Positions 14,724-25,085 of a DNA stretch of 64,000 bases are shown in pieces. The position numbers were made by a program, and so were the translations under genes. Source of the DNA: Amphiscolops sp. MND2022 (taxonomy: Eukaryota). Under the pieces are notes generated by a model. The model made no database searches, was not told the origin of the DNA, and saw only the letters and a program-made list of their open reading frames with translations. How positions within the stretch are numbered: the stretch's first letter is position 1; each line of letters opens with the position of its first letter. Location: positions 48,920,001 through 48,984,000 of the forward strand of contig OZ076413.1 in the NCBI GenBank assembly GCA_964187785.1, written 5' to 3'.

Positions 14724-15847
14724 CTTGGAATCTTGATGCGAGGGTGACACATAGGTCATGGTTTGAGCGGCTTGTGTAGAGCTAAAGTTATGAAAATTGA
14801 AATGTGGTAAATTTATTTCAACGCATGCTTGATTCGACCTTTTCCTTTCGGTGGACCTTCAAATTATGTTGATGGTCTCCTTGTGAATCGTTGTTCCTTT
14901 CAATATTACTTATTTTCAGAGACGAATCAACTTTGCAATTCTTCCCAAATTGAATGAATTAGCTTTTAAATTCTGAATATATTATGGGCTTATAGGTCGA
15001 ATCGACCGTGTCTTGTTTCTGTCTGAGAGCAGAGGCTTTGCCTTGTTGCTGAATTTCTTTTAAATTTTTCAGCTTTTGCAGGAATTGGGGAATTAAGATT
15101 ACTTCTTTTCTCCTTATGACAAAGTATATTGATCTTTGATTAGTTTGAGCGAACGTCCTTTCATTCTTTTATAAATATCCCGTATGAATAAAATTACTTA
15201 TATGTTCATTCCGTATTTGCGGAAAACCAGAATGCAAGTTCATCGTAACGTTTTCTTGGATTGATTGATCACGTTTTCTTTGAATCCAGAATGGGATTTC
15301 CTGTTTTCTGGTTAACTTTCGAAGTTCACTGGACAGAAGGAAGTAATTTGATCAATGCTTTGCGAGGCTATTTCATGGTGGACCGTTGCTATATGACCTG
15401 GGAAGGCGACACTTTAAAGCCTAAAGTTATTTTAAAATTCTTTTTGTTCGCGCAACGTTGATCAGCGACTATCAATCATTTTGAAATACTGAATTAAACG
15501 AAGTTTTCGAGTAAGAGTTCTTTAAGTTTTTACATACGATTTTCTTTCTCATGTTTCCTTCAATAAACGTTAAATATTCGTCATTTGTTAGAATATTATT
15601 TAAAAATAACCTCGATGGTTCAACCATATACGATCTTTTTGATTCAATTGAATTTTTACAGTTGGTTAAAACAGTTGAACAGTTAGTTAAATAATGTGTG
15701 TAACTTTGACCGCAGCGGTTCCGTTTGAAAGGGCGCTCTAAACTGGTTTGAGATGCAACTGAAATTGTCTTGTTTATTTGATAGGCTTCCAAACTGTATA
15801 AACTGTATTATCCAAACTAGTATTTCATGTGGTTTTGGTCGTTTCAG

Positions 15848-15976
15848 CCAGTGCCTCACTACGGTAACCAGCAACAGGTGATAGAAGAGAGGTTGACCAT
15901 GTACAACGCAGCCCTGCTCAAATCACAGATGGCTTCCGATCACAGCAAAGTCAGACGCTACACTCGCCAGATTAAG
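15848..15976 (+). CDS. CC2D1: CC2D1/Lgd exon, N-half of DM14 repeat 1 (PVPHYGNQQQVIEERLTMYNAALLKSQMASDHSKVRRYTRQIK)
   Basis: tttcag acceptor and AAG|gtaacc donor. Translation fits the DM14 pattern ERLxxYxxA...DxxKxRRYxRxxK and joins in phase 0 to the exon at 42347. Too short for the ORF track. Confidence 0.85.
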
Positions 15977-16614
15977 GTAACCGCCAACTTATATTCATTG
16001 TAATGTGCATACTGCGCCACATATTGCGCTCATATGAAAAAAATCAAATCTACAACTCAAATGTGTGGCAATTTTCAAGTTTTTTAGTCTTCCAGTTTTT
16101 CGCCGCTCATTTCCCAAATTTTTCCTAATCCGTGTTTTCATTCCTAGCCACCGGATATTAAAAGTATTTCTGTGACGTAAACTGCCGTCGTTTCTGTGGG
16201 AAATAGTAATAATGGAAGCTTTGTCATCTGTAAATTATTGCTGTTGGAAATAAGCTTCTCGTATTTCCTTGTTTTTGCGGCGCGGCATTTTCGACTTGCT
16301 CAGGAGAATGATTTGCCTAATGAGCATGGAAGAATGACATTTTCCATTGAAATCAAAATACTCTTTTTAGTATTAAAATAACTTTGGTGCGATTCATATT
16401 TCGGTGTCTTTTGGAAATTGCTTTTCCATAGTCATCATTTTACATGGAAGTTCAAAAAACAGTTAGGGTTTTCAAGTTTCATAATTGAACCTGCGTGACC
16501 TAATCTGACTCAATTATTTGCTTGAAGAAAAATTCAATCTGCCGTTTTTAATGTTCCTTTTTCATTTGTGAGGGTCTGGCGTTGTACTCTATTCAGGCGA
16601 AGTAACTGCCTCAA

Positions 16615-18149
16615 ACAAGCCGAGAACGGCTCAAGTCTGCCTCTCAAGATTCAAAAAGTTTTAACAAGCCGAGAACGGTCAAAGTCGGCGCTAATTCTAA
16701 GGCTCAAAAAGTGCAAAATTTTCAAAATATGCTCATGACGTTTTTTTAATGAAAAACTCACAAAAAAAGTTTCACCCAAAGGAAGCCTTCCGTGCTGGAA
16801 AAACGCTTCAGAAGTTCGGATATAGCGGCTGGGACAAATGCCACCACTTGTTTTCGAGCCTCCGCCTTCTCCTCAGTGAAACGGAATATACTTCGGAAAC
16901 AACGTCAAAAATTCGGATATAGCGCTTTACTCCGGATATTACGTTCAAATATCGGATGGTATTGAAAAAAATTATTGGTGGATATGTATTGAGAAAACCT
17001 AATGTCAGATGAAAAATGACCATTTTGAACAGTCTCATAGTGCCGAAAAATCTGAAAGGGGGGACCCATTGGTACAATCAAAAAATTTTCGAAAAAAAGT
17101 CTCATAGTGCCGAAAAAAATCCAAGTTAAAAACACCCAGATAGCCAAAGTGGGGATCCTTAATTGTTTTCAAGGTACTGGACGTCGGTTTTATAATTTTG
17201 GATGAGCTTCTAAGGTTTGCGGTATGTTTTGGTCAAACTGAACAAATGAACAAAAAAGTGTACCTTACGCGAGTAAAAAAAAACTACCCACTGTAAGAGT
17301 CGGGCACATTTTCTACTAAAATGCGCCGACTAAAAAAACACCCTTGTTGAAATTTCATCAAATTTACAGTGCCAAAAAATACCCGAAGAGATATGCATAA
17401 GGCTCGAAAAGTATTTTTCGCCAACGGGAAACAGCAAAAAACCCCATCTTGCTCAGCGGAAAACCTAAAAAAAAACGAAAAATTGAAAAAAATTTTCGAA
17501 CTTTTTTCAAAAAATATCTCCTGGTATAGTGCCGAAATCTTAAGAAGTCCTCTATGCTCGCAAAATTTTTGGTTTCTTGTAAAAATTGAAAGGGGGCTTC
17601 GATAAAAACAAATTATAAAAAAGTCGCATAGTATCGAAAAAACGCCGGTCTTAAAATAAATCAAGATAGTATTGGAAAAAAATATTGGATATGTACTGAG
17701 AATATCTAATATCAGGCAAAAAGATGTCTCGTAGTGCTTAAAAATGGGGTGGGGTGAAAGTGGAACCTTTTGAGATTTTTCAACATCCATTCTTTTGCAA
17801 AATATCAAAAGAAATTGAAGGACAGATATAAAAAATTTTAGAAAAAAAAGTCTCACAACGCCGAAACAAGGCATAAAAGTGTACCCGGAACACGTGGTTT
17901 TAGTATCACCTGTTGAATAAAGATTTTCGAAAATCCAAAAACGTTTGTAGTACTGAAAGCCAAAACCTGACCTGCTTTACATTGGACGGAAATTATGTGA
18001 AATTTTGGGGGGAAAATTATACGGGAAGTGAAAACGTAATATCCGAACTTTGAAGACGCTACATCCCAACTTTGAAAACGTTTTATCCGAGTTTATCTAG
18101 GTATTAGATGTTCTAGTCTGCACTTTCTAAGAAAGCGCCGACTAAAAAT
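16615..18149 (-). mobile_element. Composite/nested Helentron-like (HINE/DINE-1-like) repeat copies
   Basis: Two aacaagccgagaacgg termini (~16615, 16663), internal catagtgccgaaaa motifs, and gcgccgactaaaaa termini at ~17336 and ~18149. Confidence 0.6.
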
Positions 18150-18455
18150 ACGTTCGAAACCATAGTGATGATGCGGTATTCAAGTTCGGTCATACTCTGA
18201 GTTTTTTATCACCATCAGTGACGCGGTTTTTCTGTAAAGGTTCGAGAAAAGCGCCATGAACTGCAAAAAGTTTATTCGACTTGAATTAACTCGAATTTTT
18301 GTTACGCAAGACACAACCCAAATCAGCCGTACTCAACTTCCTGCAAGTGGTAACTTTTTTGAGACGTTGTTTCGCTCTGGCAGACTACTTCATTAGCGGA
18401 GCTATTTGGCTGTTCGTTTAGGCAAATAGCTTGACTTTGTTCTGATAGTCATATG

Positions 18456-19043
18456 AGTAGTATATGTGCGAGCTGATCAGGTGGGGGGGGTGGAAGACCC
18501 ACATGTTTTAAGATAGGCTATAGCGAGCCGACTCGAGCCCAGAGCCGAGAAGGGTCTTCCACCCCTCACGACTCGGTAGGGTTTGATTTTTTTCGTATCG
18601 TGCTCGATTCTGATTGGCTGACGACTCGAGTCGTGCTGTCGACTCGAGTCGTGCTCGATTCTGATTGGCTGACGACTTGACTCAAAGGTATGAGCATGAT
18701 TGTCAATGTATAAAGATGTGCTCAATGTATAAAGATAGGGAATAGCTTCGGCAATGTTTTAAGGTAGGGTATAGGGTTTTCGGCACTGTGCGACATTTTC
18801 GGCACTGTGAGACTTTGGGCAATTTTTGGGTGGCTGCCGCCGCCGCCGAGCAATAATTTATCCGCCCGCGCAATATTTTATCCGCCTGCGGAATATTTTA
18901 TCCGCCACTGCAAATTTTATCCGCCACGGGAATAATTTATCCGCCATAAAGGTTTAGCTCATTAATTGACTACTATACGTTGAGGAAAAAAATCATGTTT
19001 AAATAGAAAAAAAATTAAATTATAATGTATAAATGTACTACAA
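18456..19043 (+). repeat. Left terminal inverted repeat of the Maverick (588 bp)
   Basis: Reverse complement of 35261-35849. Differences seen: substitutions at TIR positions 11, 13 and 14, and a 1-nt indel near the inner end. Confidence 0.97.
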
Positions 19044-19079
19044 TCACATGTATAAACTGCACTTTACAATAAGCATGTG

Positions 19080-19469
19080 TTACATATAATTACTGATAAA
19101 AGAGAGTACGTTAACATCGTGAACTCCTGTAAGTTGCTCTTGCTGGAACTTGAAGAGATGAAAAGCTGAATATATGGCATAGAATCCGCACACGCTGGGA
19201 TGTGACTGCAACTTTACTGGAACCATCTTTTGGTAGTCTTGCTTGAGAAAATTGCACGATCCACCGAGAGAGTCTGCAAAATACAATTGCTGTTTAAATT
19301 TGGCAATCATTACCCAGTGCTCGCCAGACATGTAACTTGGTTCAGTATTGACAATGGCAAATGTATCGTTTGGAAGCATAGGGACACGATCAGAAGGAAA
19401 TGAGCCGAGGTACCGATACTTGAGGAGAGGAATACGATCAATAATCTGTCGCAATGCAATGTCATCCAT
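19080..19469 (-). CDS. Adenain-like (adenovirus-type) cysteine maturation protease
   Basis: Catalytic His/Asp/Gln/Cys motifs GEHWV, YFADSLG, QSHPSVCGFY. Likely ATG (MDDIAL) at 19469, 1 nt after the MCP stop; the ORF track extends to 19529. Confidence 0.88.
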   Translation of the reverse strand: MDDIALRQIIDRIPLLKYRYLGSFPSDRVPMLPNDTFAIVNTEPSYMSGEHWVMIAKFKQQLYFADSLGGSCNFLKQDYQKMVPVKLQSHPSVCGFYAIYSAFHLFKFQQEQLTGVHDVNVLSFISNYM

Positions 19470-19470
19470 A

Positions 19471-20814
19471 TTAGGTATTTTTACCGACAACGCCAAACTT
19501 GTCGACTGCAACCGACGACATTCGTTCACCCAATATAATGACTTCTGTTACACTTTCAAGCGCTTCATTAAAGTTGAGTTCCAGGCGCAATGGTTCGCCA
19601 ATCAATTCCGGATAGTGGCAATGTTCAGTAGCGTCTTGCATTGATGTCAAATCAAACACGAGCACATAGTGATCCTTGAAATTGTCAATTGGGATTGACG
19701 GTAAATCGTCATGAAAGTTCATTGCTCTCATTGTTGTAACATAGAGACGGCAATTATCGGACGTGTCATAGTCAACAACAGACTGACCGCCGCGTAGTAT
19801 TCTAATGTGCCTCAATCCAAACTGTTGATACCAGTATGGATTTTCAGTAAAGGAACCCGTAAAGGCAGAATTTGTGTTCATTGCTATGGCGATACGTCGG
19901 ATCGGTGCATTGTTGAAAATGTTTTCTTGTATAAATTGATTCTGTCGGGCAGGAATGATAAATGTCTTGGCAAGTGTTTCCAAGTAGTTATATTCTACTG
20001 GACTGTATGCTAACATATCCATTCGCTTCTTGTGATAATCGTCTTTGAGTGTAATACGGCGATTATAAAGGGAACAATCCACAATTCCAAGGCTAACGTT
20101 AGGATTGTCACTAATCATGTAAAAATTGGGTCGAGCTCTAATGAGTCGAATTCTAACTTTCATGTTTGGGTACAATAGCTCTGAAGTGGTGAAAAAATCG
20201 ACACCCAATTTACCATACAGCATAAATCCGTCAGGTCTGGAGAACATTTTCATTCTCCTTGAAAAGAATGGATCCTCCAAGGGGTTATCCATAGCGTCTT
20301 CTGGATTTGCTTCAAAGTCATAACCTTCACAATGTAGCACTCCCTTGTACTCAGAAATGGCTCCTTTAAAATTGTTGGAAATGTAAGATTTATGAGCATA
20401 AAGTCCATTTGAATTGTAAATTTGCTGATTGTTTATATAAACTTCCACATTGGAGAAAATGGAGTGCATAATGTTGTTCACATGGGTAATTAAGGGAACC
20501 TCGTTGTCGTCGGCGGCATCAGCCTTTTTATCTTCTGCTTCATTGTGTTCCTTTTTGGCTTCTTTTTTGTACGAATCAAATCCACGATGCTTCACCAATT
20601 TGAGTACCAAAGACAAATACGTTTGACGCAAATCAGTGTAATTGTTGCGATCAGTTTGAAATTCAAACTCGATACTGTTTTCATCCAATGACGTTGTAGG
20701 ATAAATTTGTTGTTCATGCGACGAAAGTACGTCATCGACAACTGGGACTTTACCGCCAACACTGCCAGAAACGGCCACAAAAGGTTGGTACCGAAAATTA
20801 CTTTGTGCATTCAT
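19471..20814 (-). CDS. Major capsid protein (hexon-like double jelly-roll), 447 aa
   Basis: Size, position beside the protease, and Maverick MCP-like motifs (SIEFEF, DLRQTYLSLVLKL, NNIMHSIFSNVEVYINNQQI, LLYPNMKVRIRL, LVFDLT). Confidence 0.85.
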   Translation of the reverse strand: MNAQSNFRYQPFVAVSGSVGGKVPVVDDVLSSHEQQIYPTTSLDENSIEFEFQTDRNNYTDLRQTYLSLVLKLVKHRGFDSYKKEAKKEHNEAEDKKADAADDNEVPLITHVNNIMHSIFSNVEVYINNQQIYNSNGLYAHKSYISNNFKGAISEYKGVLHCEGYDFEANPEDAMDNPLEDPFFSRRMKMFSRPDGFMLYGKLGVDFFTTSELLYPNMKVRIRLIRARPNFYMISDNPNVSLGIVDCSLYNRRITLKDDYHKKRMDMLAYSPVEYNYLETLAKTFIIPARQNQFIQENIFNNAPIRRIAIAMNTNSAFTGSFTENPYWYQQFGLRHIRILRGGQSVVDYDTSDNCRLYVTTMRAMNFHDDLPSIPIDNFKDHYVLVFDLTSMQDATEHCHYPELIGEPLRLELNFNEALESVTEVIILGERMSSVAVDKFGVVGKNT

Positions 20815-20816
20815 GT

Positions 20817-21176
20817 TTAGCGTGAAATGTTTGTGAAAATGTCTCTGCGCGAGCGACTGTTTATGTTGGTGGATTTTGTAGGAATGAATCTGCGCGTTCT
20901 CTTGCTACCGCCACCTAGTTGTTTTCTCAACGTCTTTTTGCCAACACTTGTTACAGCCGATTTTAAATTTTTCTTTCCACTAATTACTTCTGCCATTTCA
21001 GGTACAGCATACTCCAACAAGTCAGCTCCAACTCTTCGTGCAGCTGGGACGATAAATTTTTTAACAAAAGGAACTGCGGTTCTCCCAATAACTTGAGCAA
21101 GTGCTCCAAATCCTCTTCCGCGTTGTCTTGTTACTCCTCTATAATACGGTAGTTCAAGTTCTCTTGAGGCAACCAT
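20817..21176 (-). CDS. Small basic core-like virion protein with QRGRG motif (probable protease substrate)
   Basis: 119 aa, K/R-rich. YYRGVTRQRGRGFG followed by an amphipathic helix. Lies between the penton and hexon genes. Confidence 0.65.
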   Translation of the reverse strand: MVASRELELPYYRGVTRQRGRGFGALAQVIGRTAVPFVKKFIVPAARRVGADLLEYAVPEMAEVISGKKNLKSAVTSVGKKTLRKQLGGGSKRTRRFIPTKSTNINSRSRRDIFTNISR

Positions 21177-21194
21177 TTCGCACAGTGTTTATTG

Positions 21195-21998
21195 TTAGTA
21201 ATGAATGTCTGAAACTTTTCTAAACATTAGCACAAGACGTGTGATTCCAACAGAGACAAATGGAATCTTTTCACCCGAGGTGTCCCTCAGATCAATATGT
21301 ATACTATGAAAGGAATTTTTCAATAGGCGACGAAATTGAAGGTTACTAAAAGTTTGGTAATTCATGTATTGTCCAGTAGTGATTACGTCTCCGGATTTCA
21401 GCTTGGAAATGAAAGGGAAGCAACGCAACAGGGGTGCTTTTGTGTCTCCAACAATGTTGTACTCCACAATATCAGTGTAAATCATTAGCGAATGAATACG
21501 AACAATATCGTACGCAAACTTTGGCTCATGAGGTCCCTTACCTCGCATCAAAATCCCCTTGTCGTCTCCAACATCGCCACCAAATATATTTCCCAAGTCT
21601 GTACTGAAAATGACTAGGCTAGAGTCGTCACTAATGAGTGAAAGTTCAATTTTTTGTGTGCGACGAGATACTTTAACAGTAATGCAACTTTCATTGTGAT
21701 TGTTTCTCTCTTGTATAAGCAAATTCATTGCTTCAACAATGTCGGGTACGGATGAATACAGCCCAGGTTCCAAGTAATAGGCTGTTGTCGTTTTGGAGTA
21801 AATTGCGTCATAAAATAGAAATTTCCCATCTGTAACATTCTGGTACATTGAAGGGTAGGAAATTTCCGAAATTGCAACCTCCCATTGCCCTTCCAAATTG
21901 ACTTGATCTGGCAAAAAGTTTGTAAATGAACTAAGTGTATTGTCAGGAAACAGTTCAGATGACGCATTAGAGACCAACTCTATTGTAAAGGAATCCAT
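21195..21998 (-). CDS. Minor capsid protein (penton-like), 267 aa
   Basis: Characteristic N-terminus FTIELVSNAS..FPDNTLSSF...LEGQWEVAISEISYP and C-terminal YTDIVEYNIVGDTKAPLLR. Confidence 0.85.
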   Translation of the reverse strand: MDSFTIELVSNASSELFPDNTLSSFTNFLPDQVNLEGQWEVAISEISYPSMYQNVTDGKFLFYDAIYSKTTTAYYLEPGLYSSVPDIVEAMNLLIQERNNHNESCITVKVSRRTQKIELSLISDDSSLVIFSTDLGNIFGGDVGDDKGILMRGKGPHEPKFAYDIVRIHSLMIYTDIVEYNIVGDTKAPLLRCFPFISKLKSGDVITTGQYMNYQTFSNLQFRRLLKNSFHSIHIDLRDTSGEKIPFVSVGITRLVLMFRKVSDIHY

Positions 21999-22000
21999 AA

Positions 22001-22939
22001 CTAAATGACTCTAATCAACTCCTTTTCATAAAACTTGCCCTTGATAACTTCGCCTTGTTCATCTTGTATATTATATGTGGGCGGTTTGCGTGTAGCAAGT
22101 GCAACAATTTTAAAAATTTCGTTTGTAAATTGCGGCTTGTATCCTTTTCTGAACGGTAAATCTTGCTTGGAAATTCGAACGCGGTGTCCAACGTGGAACT
22201 TTGGTTTGTTAAAGTCTCTGATTGGTTTACTGTATAGCACAGACATAAAGTCTGCGTTTTTAACATTGCTCGGCTTCATATCTATTGATCTATTCCTTCT
22301 CGTATTCAGCGTTGTAACAAATTGAGGCAACTTGTGAATATACTTGTATCCATAGTCTTCAATGTAGCGATACAAAACATTTTTCAATGAACGAATAGCC
22401 CTCTCGGCGAATGCTGCCTTTGTTTCACTCATTGTTGAATAAATCTGTATTCCTTCTCTGTCGCAAAACTTTTTAAATTCACCAGCAAATTCTTTTCCCT
22501 TGTCAACCCAAATCTTTTGTGGTCTTTTCCGCTTTGTAATCATTTGCGTAAAGGCTCTAAGTGCCTCCTTAGAGTCCTTTGTTTTCAATCCTCTCACATC
22601 TATTGTTTTGTCAAACACGTCCTGGCGAACTAGCAAGTACTTTATTCCTCTGTTATCCTTTGCCAGTTTATCAACATATGCCAAGTCCATGCACCAAATT
22701 TCATTCTTGTATCTAGCAAACGCTCTCATACGTTTAAACTTGCGTGTTGCAAGTGTAAATTTTGTATAAGAGTCTTTTGAATGTAAAAACTGTCTAACCT
22801 TGGAAACGGGTAGCTTGCTAGCTTTTGTCAGATTTCGCACAGAGCCATATGCTGCAGAACCATGTGTATATAGTCTTTGAAGCTTTTGTCGCTCAGATTT
22901 TAAAAGGGATCCAGTTTCCTCTCTCTTTTGCTTTGGCAT
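22001..22939 (-). CDS. Retroviral-like (rve) DDE integrase of the Maverick, 312 aa
   Basis: WCMDL (D1), WVDKGKEF (D2), AERAIRSLK (E), C-terminal KFHVGHRVRIS...FRKGY...FYEKEL. Consistent with the 6-bp TSD. Confidence 0.93.
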   Translation of the reverse strand: MPKQKREETGSLLKSERQKLQRLYTHGSAAYGSVRNLTKASKLPVSKVRQFLHSKDSYTKFTLATRKFKRMRAFARYKNEIWCMDLAYVDKLAKDNRGIKYLLVRQDVFDKTIDVRGLKTKDSKEALRAFTQMITKRKRPQKIWVDKGKEFAGEFKKFCDREGIQIYSTMSETKAAFAERAIRSLKNVLYRYIEDYGYKYIHKLPQFVTTLNTRRNRSIDMKPSNVKNADFMSVLYSKPIRDFNKPKFHVGHRVRISKQDLPFRKGYKPQFTNEIFKIVALATRKPPTYNIQDEQGEVIKGKFYEKELIRVI

Positions 22940-23309
22940 TCTGATTGAGGACTATACTAGGAGAAATGTCGGCTGCGTCCAGTAAAGTAAAGTAAATGTC
23001 GGGTACGTCAGCGTTTTTTCTACGCAAATGTTGAGCAAAATCTTGCAACAGTACTCCAGTATCTGTACCGTCTAGCACGATAGTGTTAGAGAGAGACAAC
23101 TTTATACGTGGGGATGCTAAAAGTTTATCAACCAATGAATCTGCCTTGGCAAACAACTTTTTGTTTATATCCTTTTTCAGCGAATCAACTTGGGACGTAG
23201 GAGTTTGTTGAGGTTGATATTTGGGTAGGTCCACTTTTAACGTCGTGGACTTTGTTGTGTTTAGCTTGTTGAGAAGTGAAGCAGGTACAAGAACAAACTG
23301 TTCCATATC
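22893..23309 (-). CDS. Maverick hypothetical protein upstream of the integrase
   Basis: Open frame tightly packed in the morphogenesis cassette. Likely start MEQFVLVP at 23309, overlapping the stop of the upstream ORF. Confidence 0.7.
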   Translation of the reverse strand, partial: DMEQFVLVPASLLNKLNTTKSTTLKVDLPKYQPQQTPTSQVDSLKKDINKKLFAKADSLVDKLLASPRIKLSLSNTIVLDGTDTGVLLQDFAQHLRRKNADVPDIYFTLLDAADISPSIVLNQNAKAKERGNWIPFKI

Positions 23310-23610
23310 AAGACAAGTGATTAATGACAAATGGGGTAATGGTATCAACCAGTTGTAAACCTCTCTCTGACGTCAAGAGATCTCGTCTCTGCTTCCAATT
23401 AGTTCGCTTTAAAGAGAGTAAGTGCAACTCTCGTTTATATTTGATAACGTGATGTCTTTTTACGTTTTGCAAGTTTCCTTTGAGTATGTTTACTATGCAC
23501 TCGCTTAGAAACCGAATAAATTCTTTTGGACACGATTGGAGAAATTGAATTTTGCACTTGCGGGAAAATGATTGGAACGCGTGGAGAATAGAGAGATTTT
23601 GTGTGCTCAT
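23308..23610 (-). CDS. Small basic Maverick protein with ECxxNxLKGN motif
   Basis: 100 aa. FLSECIVNILKGNL resembles a motif recurrent in small Polinton proteins. Overlaps the ATPase 3' end by 176 nt. Confidence 0.7.
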   Translation of the reverse strand: MSTQNLSILHAFQSFSRKCKIQFLQSCPKEFIRFLSECIVNILKGNLQNVKRHHVIKYKRELHLLSLKRTNWKQRRDLLTSERGLQLVDTITPFVINHLS

Positions 23611-24265
23611 CGTCCAAAATTGTCAAATGCTTCAAACTCTCTGGCACGTAAAATTTTGATGGAGTCTTTCCACTGTTTGTGCAGTAACGTAATCTATCGT
23701 CTGTTCGCGGCGATAAATCAATGAGCAAATGACCAAAAGGAACAGACGTTGCATCTCTGTACCAATCCACGAGAGAGGAACCTAGTCCTAGTTGAATACT
23801 AAGTGTATTTATTTGCATAACATCCCGGGGCGATTTGAACAATGCAATGTGTGTAGTTTGTAGCTCTATATCGCGTCCGAGCGTGCTCTTGTGGAACAAG
23901 TTGTGTTTAATGTATATAGTGCTAAGTCCACGGTGTCTTCCAGCAGTAGCAATTTTGACAAATTCTTTGGAACTGCACACTTCCTCACAAGAATCGTCAA
24001 AAATGAGGAGATACTTTGTTCCGTTGTTTTTCAATGAATCAATCAACTCAAAATTCACTCCCTTGACAAACTCGATGCAATCAATTTCTTTTTGCATCTT
24101 GTCGTATAGTGATTGATAATATTGGTAAAAGAAATAAATCTTGTCAAATTTGGGTTGAAATGTTCCATTAGTTAACCATTCGTAAATCAACTGAGTTTTA
24201 CCAGATTCACTAGGTCCAACCATGGACATAAAGACACGGTTTTTGGTGGAAATTAACTTGTTCAT
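23435..24265 (-). CDS. A32/FtsK-HerA-like genome packaging ATPase
   Basis: Walker A GPSESGKT, Walker B LLIFDD, arginine-finger region AGRHRG, PFGHLLIDL. Confidence 0.92.
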   Translation of the reverse strand: MNKLISTKNRVFMSMVGPSESGKTQLIYEWLTNGTFQPKFDKIYFFYQYYQSLYDKMQKEIDCIEFVKGVNFELIDSLKNNGTKYLLIFDDSCEEVCSSKEFVKIATAGRHRGLSTIYIKHNLFHKSTLGRDIELQTTHIALFKSPRDVMQINTLSIQLGLGSSLVDWYRDATSVPFGHLLIDLSPRTDDRLRYCTNSGKTPSKFYVPESLKHLTILDDEHTKSLYSPRVPIIFPQVQNSISPIVSKRIYSVSKRVHSKHTQRKLAKRKKTSRYQI

Positions 24266-24516
24266 AGTCTCGGGGTTGGAACAATGACTCCTGCAGCGCT
24301 ACATAAAATTCCAACCCACACTGTAGATTCTTCACAACTTGTTGCCAAATGAATTCTCCAAAAGCTCCCCAAAATTATCAACAAAATGATAAAAAATTGG
24401 GACAAGAACACAATTAATGATCTAGAGCAAGTTTGTCCCACGCACGTCCACGATTTTCGTTCACTGTTATTTCCGTCAAAAACAATTTTTTCCAAGTTCA
24501 AGTTGGTCTCAGTCAT
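24262..24516 (-). CDS. Small two-transmembrane protein, 84 aa
   Basis: Hydrophobic segments LIVFLSQFFIILLIILGSFW and VWVGILCSAAGVIVP. Stop overlaps the ATPase start (ATGA). Confidence 0.7.
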   Translation of the reverse strand: MTETNLNLEKIVFDGNNSERKSWTCVGQTCSRSLIVFLSQFFIILLIILGSFWRIHLATSCEESTVWVGILCSAAGVIVPTPRL

Positions 24517-24630
24517 CTAGCTTGCTAGCGTGAGTGTATATTCAAAAATGAATCTCCTGTGGAAAAAAAATTTGGTTGAACAAAAAATTTAAATTAGTAT
24601 GAATGAGTAATACAAAGACGTACAATAAAT

Positions 24631-25083
24631 TTACAAATTGAAATGTTGCACAGCCCATTCTCCAAACGCTTTTGCTTTCCGCTCAGCACAGTGTAGAATT
24701 GTCTTGTGTCTGTAGGGATAGCTAGTGCACAGCCAGTCAGTGTTTAAATGTTGAATCTTGGGGCAACCATAGTCATCCAAGTTTTCCACTTCCTTACCCA
24801 GTAATGTGCTCAAAAATTTACACTTTTCCAATCCTTTTGCAAAGTACTCGGCTCTGTATTGTCGCAATTCAGCCAACATGGTGTTGATACGGCTATAGTC
24901 CAGTGAGCCACTTTTCCAATCAATTTTGTGCAAGTTTCGGGTACACCAGAGTGTTTGATGTGTTGGTTGATAATTTTTGGGCGGTTTAAAGGAATATCCA
25001 AACACTTGTCCGTCAATATAAACACCCAATTCCTTGACTACATTCTTTTCCGCAAGTTCAATATCCAACACTATAAGCGACAT
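24631..25083 (-). CDS. DEDD/DnaQ-like exonuclease-fold protein
   Basis: IVLDIE...VVKELG (ExoI-like), AKGLEK, NLDDYGCP and C-terminal C..H..HCA. ATG (MSLIV) at 25083, 2 nt after the upstream stop. Confidence 0.6.
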   Translation of the reverse strand: MSLIVLDIELAEKNVVKELGVYIDGQVFGYSFKPPKNYQPTHQTLWCTRNLHKIDWKSGSLDYSRINTMLAELRQYRAEYFAKGLEKCKFLSTLLGKEVENLDDYGCPKIQHLNTDWLCTSYPYRHKTILHCAERKAKAFGEWAVQHFNL

Positions 25084-25085
25084 GA

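Noticed and set aside
9545..14752. Duplicated short ORFs (60-142 aa) in the tandem duplication
   Set aside because: No recognisable motifs, and their identity simply reflects the DNA duplication. A decayed element cannot be excluded.
17284..17874. 196-aa F/K-rich ORF and similar ORFs at 39789-40964, 45982-46652 and 57560-57757
   Set aside because: Translations of A/T-run-rich non-autonomous repeats, not proteins.
18477..18725. Identical 82-aa ORFs at 18477..18725 and 35580..35828
   Set aside because: They lie within the TIRs, begin at a non-ATG codon and merely translate DNA repeats.
18851..18945. Regularly spaced repeats here and at 27768-28135 and 30469-30604 as possible CRISPR arrays
   Set aside because: Spacers are too short or not unique, there are no cas genes, and the context is eukaryotic.
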